A DNA stretch of 38,156 nucleotides from Octopus sinensis (lineage: Eukaryota), in the NCBI RefSeq assembly GCF_006345805.1, contig NW_021835841.1, positions 1-38,156 of the forward strand. The letters run 5' to 3'. The notes under the pieces are model-generated. The model was not told where the DNA came from, searched no databases, and was given only the letters and a program-made list of their open reading frames with translations. The first letter of the stretch is position 1. Each line of letters starts with the position of its first letter. The translations under genes and the position numbers were made by a program. Below are positions 12,516 through 25,254 of the stretch, piece by piece.

Positions 12516-13604
12516 TAGATAGATACGTCTGTGTATGCACGCTTTTATGGAAGTATATGTAGTAAATAATTTGGGTTATTGATAGTAACGTTATAAAAAG
12601 CACCTGAATGTGTGAATTATAAAATGTTATTGCATTTTGTTCTTCCTGCTGTTCCAGCTGTTGCCGTCGCTGCTGGTGTGACTGGTGTTATAATTTTTAA
12701 ATGTCTCTTGAGTCTGTTCTACTGAACGCGTCCTTTAATCATAGGCATTCGAGGTGTCATCATTTTTATTTGTTATGAAAAGACTGGTTTAGACTCGAAC
12801 TTGAAGGATGCTGCAGGCGTTTCGAATGTGTGAAGTATTTTTCATAGGAATGTGTAAAAATATATTTTTTACAAAGTTAGGGTCAACAGGGACCGCATTT
12901 TATGTCCATTCAATATTTATTTCGGAAAGTTGAGCTTGTTATTAGTTAAGCGCCCAAAAGTTGTTAAATGATTCTAATAATAGGGTTAGATATGTGAATA
13001 AAGCGTAACATTTCTTCGATTGCATGTATAATTTAGGCAAGGATTTCGAACGAAAAGTAAGCTTTGAATTATGTGTACCGAATACTTCATCATCCAAATT
13101 ATTTTGCATTCGTTTCCTGCCACAAAGAACCCCTGTATATTTGTATGGAACACGTTTTTCTTCATGTGTAGTTCTAATATTTCTTCAATTTGTGAGTTCC
13201 ATCGAATGAAAATAACTCTATGGAGATGACGTTATCTGGAACTTTGAAAGTGGTTCATGAAGTGCTAGCCTAAATTCTCTCTCAACTTGTTAAGAATTCT
13301 AGACCAATTTTCACTATGACAACCTTGAAAAGAAAGGAAATTTTCATAAACATACGTAGAGAAGCACAAGATGGCTACGTTACATAACCCCTAGCAGTAA
13401 AATTATTATTTATCCTCTTTTTTTTGTCTTTGGCCAGTAAGTGTTATTTCCTAGTTGCTTCTATCGAGAAATCAAAGAAAATGATACCCGTTCCCTTCAA
13501 ATTTGTTTTTATGACCTGAACATCCATGTTTTGAAAATGATCTTTTTTTCCCAGCACAGATTCGGTACTGATTTGCTGAAACAGAAATATTGTTATAGTA
13601 AGTA

Positions 13605-13770
13605 AATATTGTACTCAATACCATGCATCTGGTTTTCAGTTGCGTGACTCTAAATACTTGAGCATGTCCCTTAGTGGCTGACAATATGTGCATTTCTAAT
13701 TATGAGCATGGGTAGTGGAGAAGCAGCATAGCTATGTGTGTGATGAGATGGATTCTTTGGAGTTTGAATA
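13605..13770 (+). mobile_element. Diverged partial copy of the element at 27749-28274, opposite orientation
   Basis: TTGAGCATGTCCCTTAGTGGCTGAC and flanks are the reverse complement of ~28035-28190. Confidence 0.8.
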
Positions 13771-13846
13771 TCTACAACAAAATCAAAGCTTGTTTTGGGA
13801 CCTTTTCTTTGTTTTAGTTTCGGCTCCTGCGGCAAATAAAGAAAAC

Positions 13847-13880
13847 ATTATTATTATCATTATTATTATTATTATTATTA

Positions 13881-13920
<40 letters not shown>

Positions 13921-13931
13921 CATTATTATTA

Positions 13932-13988
<57 letters not shown>
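13847..13988. repeat. (ATT)n microsatellite
   Basis: Direct reading. Confidence 0.95.
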
Positions 13989-14020
13989 CTATTGATACGG
14001 ATAACGCATAGGAGGTTATT

Positions 14021-14222
14021 AAGGCGGTTAGCTGGCACAATTTTTAGTATTCCGGACAAAATTTTTACCGGTATTTGATCCATCCTTCCGTTCTGAGTTC
14101 AAGTTCCGCCGTAGTCGACTTTCAGGATCGATGAGATAAAAACCAATTACGCACAGGGATCGATGTAATTGACTAGTCCCCACCAGAAACAAAATTTCAG
14201 GCCTTGTGCCTATAGTAGAAAG
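14021..14222 (+). mobile_element. SINE family C, diverged copy with tail 2
   Basis: GGCGGTTAGCTGGCA head, GTTCTGAGTTCAAGTTCCGCCG, GGCCTTGTGCCTATAGTAGAAAGG tail. Confidence 0.8.
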
Positions 14223-14304
14223 GATGATGATGACGATGATGATGATGATCATCATCATCATCATCATTAATATTGTTTATATTATTATTAGCATTATCAT
14301 TGTC

Positions 14305-14500
14305 AAGCGCCTAGTTGGCAGAACATCATTGTCAAAATGCTAAGTAGCATTTCGTCGATCGTTACGTTCTGAGTTCAAATTCCGCTCTTTCGACATTGCC
14401 TTTCATTCCTCCGGCAACGATAAAATAAATACCAGTTGTAACACTGTTATCGACTCATCCTCTTCCTCAAAATTACTTCCGTCGTGGCAAAATTTGAAAC
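14305..14500 (+). mobile_element. SINE family C, diverged copy
   Basis: GTTACGTTCTGAGTTCAAATTCCGC, TTGCCTTTCAT, GATAAAATAAATACCAG. Confidence 0.75.
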
Positions 14501-14504
14501 CATT

Positions 14505-14644
14505 AATTATAATAACAATAATAATTATTATTACCGTTATCATTATTATAATTATTATTATAATTATTATTACCCTCATAAAAATAATAATAATAATAAT
14601 AATAATAATTATTATTATTGTTATTATTACTATTACTGTTATTA

Positions 14645-14711
<67 letters not shown>

Positions 14712-14946
14712 GTTATTATTACTATTATCACCGTCATCACTTTCCACCATACTTTCTGGTATTATATGAATGAACTTGCAACCAGTTTGACAGCAAAAAA
14801 CCAGCGGGATACACTTGAAAGCGTTTGGTATTCTCGCACTCCACTTCAGTTAAATTTACAGATATACAAATACAGCAGTAATAAATAAAATAAAATAAAA
14901 ATAAAATAAAATAAAATAAAAATAAAATAAAATAAAATAAAATAAA
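14505..14946. repeat. (AAT)/(ATT) arrays and an (AAAAT)n tract at ~14880-14946
   Basis: Direct reading. Confidence 0.9.
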
Positions 14947-15383
14947 CGACCGCATCAGTCACTATTACATGAACTCAAATATGAAGGAGAACAATAACAA
15001 CAACAGCAGCAGAATTAAATGATGCTATGGTGTATCAAACGTATAAGCTTAAACAGACCGAGTAAACTGGTTTTTTTCCCAATAACGCTAAATGATGGTT
15101 TCATTGTAAGAGAAAAAGTTAAAAGTAAAATTTGAAACATATAAATAAATAAATGAATAAATAAATAAATAGAGAGAGAAGAATTAATGCTTTTTGTGAT
15201 TCTTGGAAGGGTGCCAAGTTCAGGTTACAGAATATTAATGAATTGATAGGAATTAATTAATTTACAGAAGATTCAAAAAGAAAAAAAAAAACCCCCAAAA
15301 AAAACCTAAAGAATCATCTCAAGTTAGAAAAAAATACCGAACAGTAGAATAATTTTCTGCATACGGATAGGAGACATACATTC

Positions 15384-15487
15384 ATATATGTATGCACGTG
15401 CACATGTTTACATATTTATGTGTGTGTCTCTATATGTGTATATATATATATACACATATACACATATATATGTAATATGTATATTTG

Positions 15488-15531
<44 letters not shown>

Positions 15532-15690
15532 ATACATATATATGTATATATGTATATGTATGTACATATATATATATATATTACATATATATATATATAT
15601 ATTCGTATATATATGTAAGTGTAATATATATATATATATATTATATATATATGTATGTGTATATGTGCGTGTATGTATATATATATAAAC
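15384..15690. repeat. TA-rich compound microsatellite
   Basis: Direct reading. Confidence 0.9.
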
Positions 15691-18600
15691 GCATATGTTC
15701 AAATCGCATTTAGATTGTTACAAATGTGATTGTGTTCAAAACGAAAAACGAATACACAAATTCTAAGTTGTGATGGCGTATTCCTACATCATGTAGAAAC
15801 CCCTCTCACACACATATATGCATAGATATGTACGTGTGAGTTTGTGTATGTGTGTATAGTGCCTATATATATTCATAAGTATATATATATGTATGTGTAT
15901 GTGTGTGTGTGTCATATCCTCCCAACCCACTCCAACCCATTCGCGACCTTCTCAATTCTCTACTCTTCTTCCTCTTACACATACTTTGTCTGTAAGAGTA
16001 CCTGTATAATCATTGCATTTCCTTACAATACACTTTTCTTGTACATCTTTTCTTGCACTATTGTCTCTTTCTGCTTCGTTTCCCGATCACTCCCTCACTC
16101 CCTCGTTTCCTCTTTCTACCCCCCTTTTTCCTCCCAATTCTATACATATTCATTCCTTTCTTAGTAGCTGACTTACGGCTCTGACCATATATATTCATCA
16201 TGAGTATTTCCGCGAACTGGTTTGTATGTTGAAATGTTTTAACTGAGGAAGGTTTTACATAATGGATGCATATCCAATTTTATATAACGCAGACCTGAAA
16301 CGTACGCTCTAAATAAATTTAAAATGTAACTACATTTTTGAGTTCTTTATTACAACGTTTGTATGCATGTATAACATTTTTACATGCACACACACAGACT
16401 CACATATACACATACGCATAAGATTGAGCGTTGTGCACTGTCTGCTTGTACTAAATTGCTCATAAGATAAATTAAGGTGACAAAGGTTTGCGTAAGGTAC
16501 ATTTTTCCAAAGATCAATACTTTATGTTTGACTTTCAAAGAGCAATGCTTAAGAATATTCATAGATAAGTGAACAGTGCAAATGTAAGAGCTGATAGTTT
16601 TAATGGCTGTGCCTTTCCCATTGAAGTAGACCTAATGGAGAAAAATCTACACTCTCATACGAGATACTAGATATCACAATGAGATGTTCTTCGAATCAGA
16701 CACTGTTTATGGTAGTAAAGAAAGATCTGTATGATAATTCGACCTTAACTGATAGATTCGTAGACAAATAATGGGTTCGCATTTTCTGTCTTCGGTGTTA
16801 AAGCAGCTCCATCATGTTTGAAATGAGGTGAGGTTTGACATCAGCAACATCAAGAGGAAATACATCTGTTTTGGTAAGTAATTGATGGGCCGCAACGTTG
16901 GCAATCAGTTTATCCGATGTAGTAGTTAAGAAATCACTCTCAAAACAACATTCAATGAACCGAGAAAATTTTATAAATTGAATATTAAGACTTCGTGGAG
17001 CGAATATCACAAAGTGATGAACAAGTCTGTTTCATAAAGATTAGATGCATTCAGCTTATATGTACGCGTGAGATCTACTTCAATCATACGTGATAAACGA
17101 GAACAATAAGGAACATTTTTGTCGGCAATCAAACCTGTTATTGAACGTAGTCAAGTATCATTTGATAACAAACTACGATGTATAGGATTTTACTTGTCAG
17201 ATAATTATTGATAATGTATTACAAAAGAAAGAAGCGTGTAAATTATTACAGACTCATTTAACTTTGCACTGATCGGCCTGGTTTTTGTGGGTCAGCGTTA
17301 ATCTAGTGTTAAATATTTCCCATCAAAATCAACAGAAAATAAGCACGAATAAAACTGATATAACGAAATAGGGAAAGTTAATGACATAAAGGTCAACGGT
17401 AACTCCCGTGAATTGTTTGTATTAACTTCTAGAGAGAGAGGAAAAGTATAAATCCTTCAACACGTTACTGTATCTACATTTTGATATATCTTGCTCGACC
17501 ATGAAATATTAAATATCCACGAATCTTAAACAATGTGTAAGACCGTTTTCCATACATATCACAGTTATGCGAATTTGCGTAACCCAGTTACGATCGCAGT
17601 TAAAATTGCGGCGTGTTGTGCATTTGATCAAAACACTTCGTTTCCCATTGTTTCATTTTGAAAATTCGTATCTGCTGACTCCAAGTGCAGCTCATTCTCC
17701 TTCCATCAGTCAATTCTAGGATGTGACAGTCACTTAAGTCTCGAAAGAGACGTGAGGTAGTTATATTGACGACTACAAAGACGTCTGAAATAAACCATAT
17801 TTGTTCAAAGCTAGTTGCAGGCATTAAGAAAGAAAAATGAAAAGAGACAACGATGTTTTTTTTTAATTTAGTGCGATATGTTAACTGTAACGGCATTTCG
17901 ACCTAATATTTACGAATATCTGCACCACATGATGTATATGTAGATTATTTGCAAGGACAGTGTTTCCATATTCAACACCTTTCTCCCAGTATAATATTGG
18001 GAGTTCATTATGATACTGGGAGTTCGTTAGCAATTGTGTACACATTTAATTGCTTACATTTAATTGCCTGCAATGACTGATAATAAAATCCTTATGGATT
18101 TGGTTCTAAGCAAGTTCATATATGTAACACATCCTTGCCAGTCCAGGGATTCCCAAGTGTTTTGTTTCAATTCTCTTTCCTGCTACAGAATATATCCAAC
18201 GGTTTTAGCTAAGATTGTTCAGCAATAAATGACATATAAAGACACGTTGTTTACACATGTCGAGTGACATACATTGTTCACTAAAAGTCAGAAGTCATAT
18301 TAAATAGTACACTATCGTAGGTGGAATGAGACACTGTAAAAGAACAGGGAATTGATTTTATAATACAGTCCCAGAAAATAAGATGTCTGGCAAGAAAACG
18401 GCGTGCTAATAGCTCATAATTACTTCCTTTTATCAGATGGCTAGAGGACAATATGTTCATAACAAAGAAGCCATCCTTTCATCATATGGTGGCAACACGT
18501 CGCGGTGTCTACTAAAACACATTGCATTTTATCCTATGGCTAGAAAACGTCATTGGTAACTGTTGGAAATCGTGTCTTTTATCGTAACTCAGCTGGATTT

Positions 18601-18946
18601 TCAGTCGCATGGCACGTGACAATGGGAAATGATCTGCCCTCTGGTGGTGGAATAGCAAATGTAGTGTTTCAAACCTTAAATTTAATATTTAATATTTTGA
18701 CATCAAAATTGCTACTCGTGTCTTTCATCTATATCGATGTTTAAAACTATAATTGGTGTTGTTCATATTGTCGTTTTGTCAAAAGATTCACGTAATCAAA
18801 TACACATTTCAGCCACAACCATATTGATATTTCATCGCTATTTTTTTAATATAATCGTAAAAGTACACAGGCGATGTTTTTTTTTCATAATTCATGTGTA
18901 AGAAAAATTCAAGATGAGATTAGTGAAACTTATTTTCCAACCATAT

Positions 18947-19110
18947 AGACGTAGGAGTGGGTGTGTGGTAAGTAGTTTGCTTACCAACCACATCGTCCCG
19001 GGTTCAGTCCCACTGCGTGGCACATTGGACAAGTGTCTTCTACTATGGCCTCGGGCCGACCAAAGCCTCTTGAGTGGATTTGGTAGTCCGAGACTGAAAG
19101 TATCCCGACG

Positions 19111-19157
<47 letters not shown>

Positions 19158-19377
19158 GTGTGTATATTTGTGAGTGTGTTTGTCCCCCCAACATCGCTTC
19201 TCAACCGATGTTGGTGTGTTTACGTCCCCGTAACTTAGCAGTTCTGCAAAAGAGACCGATAGAATAAGTACTGGGCTTACAAAGTATAAGTCGTGGGGTC
19301 GATTTTCTTGACTAACAAAGGCGGTGCTGCAGCATGGCCACAGTCCCTTGACTGAAACAAGTAAAATCGTAAAAGAA
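18947..19377 (+). mobile_element. SINE family A copy, sense orientation
   Basis: Reverse complement of 8512-8918 with moderate divergence. Confidence 0.9.
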
Positions 19378-20455
19378 TAACATTGGCCAGCCTGTATTTT
19401 TATATTCAGGTTACTGTATCCAATGTTTCCTATATTTAAGACCAGAATTCAAAGTGATCAGACTGTTCTTTTTGGAGGGTCGTGCTGCCACGCAGAGATT
19501 CTTCGACATGAAGCACCAACTCAGCTCCGAATAGTAAGACCCACGAGGAAAAAATTGATCTCCTAACGGGTACCATCTTGCCTTTCTTTAGATATTCTAT
19601 AATTAATGACACATAATAGTTCGTTGGGAGAGGCATATTTAGCTGTTACTTTCAGAAGTGCAAAGGAACACGTAGATAATCCCCGGAGATTATAGTTAAT
19701 TGTTTTCACCATGCGTTACTGAACGTAATCCAGTGTCCTAGCAGAGGGAAGGCAAATTACTAAGTAAATGGATGGTGTTTTGCAACTTAACAAATTGAGG
19801 AAAATCTATCATGAAAATAAAGACAAAACAAAAACAAAAATACAGAAAAATAATACAATTCTTCTCTTCTGCGATTATTTCAATAGATTTCGCAGGAATT
19901 GGCCAGAAAATGACAAATATATATATATCTGTTTCAGAGAATGCTGAATGTAAACTGCAGCAGCAACGTAGAATTATTAATGCACAACCACGTCTGTTAA
20001 CATACGGATACAAACTTTTACATCACTGCGGTTAATTGCAAACGTATGCACACTGGCAAAGACTTGCATCACATATATGCATAAAGTTGCATCTACATAA
20101 ACAGATACTGTTGCATCTAAAGTACTCACGTACAACTGTAAACACAAAGAGACTTATATAGATATGCAAACACACGTTTACACAGACAGACTTGCAAACG
20201 GACATACATATGCAGATGTAAAGAAAAAAAACATTATTACACAGATGCGAACACGTACTGCATTACGTAGACGTCCAAGTATAAGCAAGACTTGTCACAA
20301 AACTCCAAACGCATACAGACACTCGTACACTTGCAAACTCACACAAACACACAAATACGATGTGAACGTACACATACAGAATGACAAACTAGTAAACACA
20401 GACATACTTCAAATCACACGTTAACACAAACTTCTATAAACGTACACACCTACAC

Positions 20456-20529
20456 AATATATATATATATATAACACACATATATATATTTACGTGTATA
20501 TATATATACATATATAACACACATATATT

Positions 20530-20572
<43 letters not shown>

Positions 20573-20760
20573 ATACATATATATATATATTTATATGTAG
20601 GTATGTATATATATATATATACTTACATACACGCACACAAGCCTATGCATATATATACACATACATACATCTATATACATATATATATATACACATATAT
20701 AAATACATATGTATATATAATAAATATATATAAATATATATATATATATATATGTATATA

Positions 20761-20820
<60 letters not shown>

Positions 20821-20845
20821 TGTATGTATATATATATACATATAT
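20456..20845. repeat. TA-rich compound microsatellite
   Basis: Direct reading. Confidence 0.95.
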
Positions 20846-21767
20846 GGACACTCGCTGATACATACATTCAGAAACGTACAAATACATGCTGTCACAGACA
20901 TTTATATACAAACAGCTATATATAGGCTGAGACCAAATTTAATGCATCGTCATTCTTGCACGATTCCTGAGTTGACCATGCAAGAGTTGAGGGAATATGC
21001 GGCCATGTTCTGATTCATAAATGAAAGACATATTATGGATTCCAAGCCAAAGTTTCAGGCCATCTGGGAATCTATTAATTATATCAATTCATGCGGCTAA
21101 GAAGGAAGGAAAGGAGGACGAAAACAAACATGGTAACGTAACTCTTCACAAATCAAAGAACAAAATAAATATAAGCAAAAAAATAAAAATCAAGAAATGC
21201 ATACAAGAAATCATGAAAAATAAATGAAAGTTTGGAAAAGTGATATAGCGAAATGAGGAAGAGAAAAGAAAAAAAACGAAACGAAACGAAACGAAACAAA
21301 GAGAAAACAGAAAACGAAATTAAACTGATGATGAGGTTGGCATTGGGAATCAGAATGCGTTTCGTTAGTTGAGTGGTTGCTAGAACTGAGGTGACCATAA
21401 GAGAGAATTTTTCAAGAGACTGCAGTAATTGAAATCAGAGGATTCTTGCACAAATCAAAAATTGATTAGGGAAAGAAAATTCTGAGATAATGTGCAGCAA
21501 GGAAAAAAAATAGAAGTCAAGAAAGCGACTAGAAGGAAATTGGGAAGAAAAATCAGAAAGCAAAAAAACCCAAAAAACAAAAAAAAACAAACAAACAAAC
21601 AAAAAACAATAACAAAAAAATAACTCATGAATCTGAGAAATACTCCAAATGAAATATATAGGGGCTGTTGCTGTGTGCAAAGGAGTTAAAAAGATGAGTA
21701 AAAAAAAACAGAAAGAAAAATACACAAGAAGAAAAGGAGTGGAGTAGAAAGAGTGTTTTAAAGTCTT

Positions 21768-22002
21768 GAATAATAATAATAATGATAATAACAATAACAA
21801 CAATAATAATAATAATATAATAATAATAATAATAATGATGAGGATAATAATAATAATAATGATAATAATAATAACAATAATAATAATAATATTAATAATA
21901 ATAACAATAGTAAAAATAATAATAATAATGATGATAATAGTAATAATGATAATAATAATAGTAATAATAATAATGATAATAATATTAATAATAATGATGA
22001 TA

Positions 22003-22051
<49 letters not shown>
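21768..22051. repeat. Degenerate (AAT)n array
   Basis: Direct reading. Confidence 0.95.
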
Positions 22052-22054
<3 letters not shown>

Positions 22055-22599
22055 TGGTCAACAAGAATTATTGAAAGTAAAGGTCCAAAGAAGAGGAATT
22101 TTAAGAAATGAAATGCAGAAGCATATAAAGCCAGGTATCTGTGTTGCAAACGAAGAATTAATTTTTTTAAAAAAGGGGGCGTAAAAATTAAAAGAAAAAT
22201 AACTGGACAAAATGCTGTATGGAGAGAATGCGAGGGAGAACCAGGGAGAGTCAAAGAAAAATACTGTCCTTGAGAGAGCGCGCGAGAATGGGGGGAGAGA
22301 GAGGGAGGGAAGAAAGAGAAATTGAAAGAAAGAGCTGAGTGAAAAATGAAGTGGCTATAATAGAGACAATGAGACCAGTAATTGAACGAGCGCTTTTTAA
22401 AGGGTTCTTTTCCATTAATTGACAGGGTCCCAACACCAACGCTATAACTCTACAAACGAAGATTCACACTAAAAGCTTTTTGTTTTTATTTTGAAATTAT
22501 GTTTTCTTTCTTTATTTTTTCCTAACAGTACGTCATTAATGGAAGAACTCTGTTATAAACTCGACAAAAATCTCATCAAAATTGTTAAATAAAGATACA

Positions 22600-24830
22600 A
22601 AAAGCAGCATTTTGGTGCATATAGAAACAAAATGCTAGGGAGCCTCCTCGGGAAGACTGATAGGACATTACTTAAGAAATACAAATCTAGATCATGACAT
22701 CAGTTCAAAGTTTCAGGGTAGAGTGTTTTACGGAACTATCATTAAAGGGTACACATCTACAAATGAGTGTAACTCGAGGAGTTAACGCGAGATTGTGTTG
22801 ATATGAGATAACCAACAGAAACGTTTGATCGACCTCACATCTAGGTTAAGGGAATTCTGTAACCCGAACATCTTGAATGTCAAACTGGAAAAATATGCAG
22901 TCTGATAAGATAACTGAATTATTTATAAGGAATATAAGGATAACAAATTAACAGCGCCGAACATATTTTGGCAAACGAAGGAAAAGATATGTATGACATT
23001 AAACACACCAAAATCTTAAAACTCTTAAGATAGTATTAAGCACATAAATTAACCAATAGTTAGAACGTGCATCGGAACGACTAAATTCAATTTCGTTTAT
23101 GATGCCAACGAAACATCTTCAGAAATATCCGTAAAGCGTACGGTTGAGCAACCTATCAGCACCATTTCACACAGGAGAAGCAAAAGAGGGGCATGAGTTT
23201 AAAACAAGATGAAGAACAACGAACCTGACGGGATTGTGGATGAAAGAATCAAAATCGTACCAAAAGAATGAAGAAAAAAACCTCATTGCATGTTTCTGTT
23301 AATCAGGACTCAAGAATAAATACCGCTAACCCCAGAGAGAAAAAACATTATTGATATCTTTAACAAAGAAGATAAACTGGATTGTGACAGCTAGAGAGGA
23401 ATATTACTTTTATCAATCATTGCAAAAATCATTACTGGAAATCTGCTGAATTAACTTACATAATCTGGTTTACGGCATTCCAGAATCGCCCTTTATATTA
23501 TTTGTCCAGTTGCTGAATAATTACCTTCAGCAAAAATGCATGGTTGAACATCCGTAAGTGCAGCTGTGTGGAAAGAGCTAGTGAAATATTGTTGCTCATA
23601 AAATACAATTCAGCCAGGCAGCTTTTGTGCAACAAAATAAAGCCGATGTGCAGTGACATCTTTCCTCTGCATATTAGTTTGACCTCTATTTTGAGGTAGG
23701 CAGGCATGCATAATCGCTCCTATGTTCTATAGTATATTCTTGTCAACCATATTTGCGCTACTTTGAGCCGAATCACACCCGATATCAAGCTATGTTATCA
23801 CTCATATGTCAAACAATTCAACCGTGCAATATACAGTTCTAGAGCAAATACGACGACGTGGATCGAAATGCAGTGTTCAGTTAATATTACATTTGGTGTT
23901 CAGGTAGTCAAATAGCAGAATTGGAAGCACGCTGAGAAAATGCTTAGCGGCATTTCGTCTGCTTTTACGATCTGAATTCAACATCTGCTGAGGTTGACTT
24001 CACCTTTTGTCCCTTTCAAAATAAGGACCAGCTGAGCGATGGGGTAGATATAAGCGACTAAGCTCTTACCTCGAAATTACAGGTCAAGTGCCAAAATTTA
24101 TATCCCATATTACATTTAGTGTTACTTTGGCAGAAGTACAGAAAATTACCGCCATTTTAGTTCCCCATATAAGAGCAAGTCCCTAACTTTCCGAATAATC
24201 AAAATAAACATTTTTCCAGAAACTGTACCCTGCAAGGTGGAGACTAAGCCTAGTTGTTCAGGTTCCTGTAGAAATGTTGATAGACACAGGATGAGAAATT
24301 TAGATTTGAATAAAATGTGTCAGCCGAAATATTGGAAGCCTGAGGTGTTGGTAATGCAAGGATCATATTTTTATGGGACATTAAATTAACAAATATGAAA
24401 ATAACGCACAATGAAATAAAATAACAAAAACAGAAATTTGGCAAGTTATTTTACACTCTTTCGTATAGAGCTCTGTTAACTTAAATTAGAACTATATAAC
24501 CAGAGACCTCTAGGAGAGAATATTGTGTATTCAGTGGTAGAACACAAAGAAAAATGATAATACTATTCTGCACATGCTGAACCAGCCAATATCACTGGAT
24601 TCAAACTAATATGCTATGCAATATCAAGGTCAAAGTCAAACTGTTGACGATAAGGCTCAAATATCAGAGCATAACGTGTGTAAGAAACTTTCGTTGACAG
24701 TTCGTGTAAGGAAGGCATCCTGGAATAGAATAAATGAAGAGGTACACAGATCAAATTAATGTAGTTTGGTAAGATCGTACGCGTTGGAGAGATATTGACA
24801 CGGCTGGAGACAGCGCAACTAGATAGAAAC
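22600..24830 (+). mobile_element. Old, heavily decayed RTE-clade LINE (RT region to C-terminal region), interrupted by a SINE
   Basis: Collinear motif remnants: MKNNEPDGI; DCDS*RGILLLSIIAKIITGNLLN*L (cf. DCGNYRGISLLSIAGKILARILLNRL); LQQKC; LWKELVKYCC; DIKLTNMK; RILCIQW; KRYTDQI...DRTRWR. Boundaries approximate. Confidence 0.78.
23901..24106 (+). mobile_element. SINE family C, diverged, with 17-bp TSD, nested in the RTE
   Basis: ATATTACATTTGGTGTT (23884-23900) vs ATATTACATTTAGTGTT (24107-24123); AATGCTTAGCGGCATTTCGTCTG, GAGGTTGACTT. Confidence 0.8.
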
Positions 24831-25254
24831 CGGCATGGTGAAATATGACAAAGTGAAAAATGTTTAAATACTAGCAGGGATACACGGTTTTGCCCATGAC
24901 ACATGGAATAAAGTAATAATCTTTTCTTTTATATTATCGCTAATGAACTGGAATGTGTATGATTCGAATTTCATCAAAATTTCAGATTAAGAATTTTAAT
25001 GAGGGTTCTTTCCCTCTTTACACACGCTAACAAAAATTCTAATCATGACATATTTATCCCATACTACTCATCTTTAGCCCAGATTCCAAAATCCAAATCT
25101 TATGAACCCTATTCAAATGTTTATGCCCCTGAAAGATGGAGCACATGGAGCTGTAAAATGTGGGAGTTAAGGCCCTTCTTAAGGGAACTTAAAGTCAACC
25201 AGAGAATTTGAATTGTTGGGAATATTTTTGTGTCTTATATCCATTGTTCAATTT

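Noticed and set aside
12078-12518. 146-aa Lys/Glu-rich ORF
   Set aside because: Antisense of a T-rich retroposon UTR plus microsatellite
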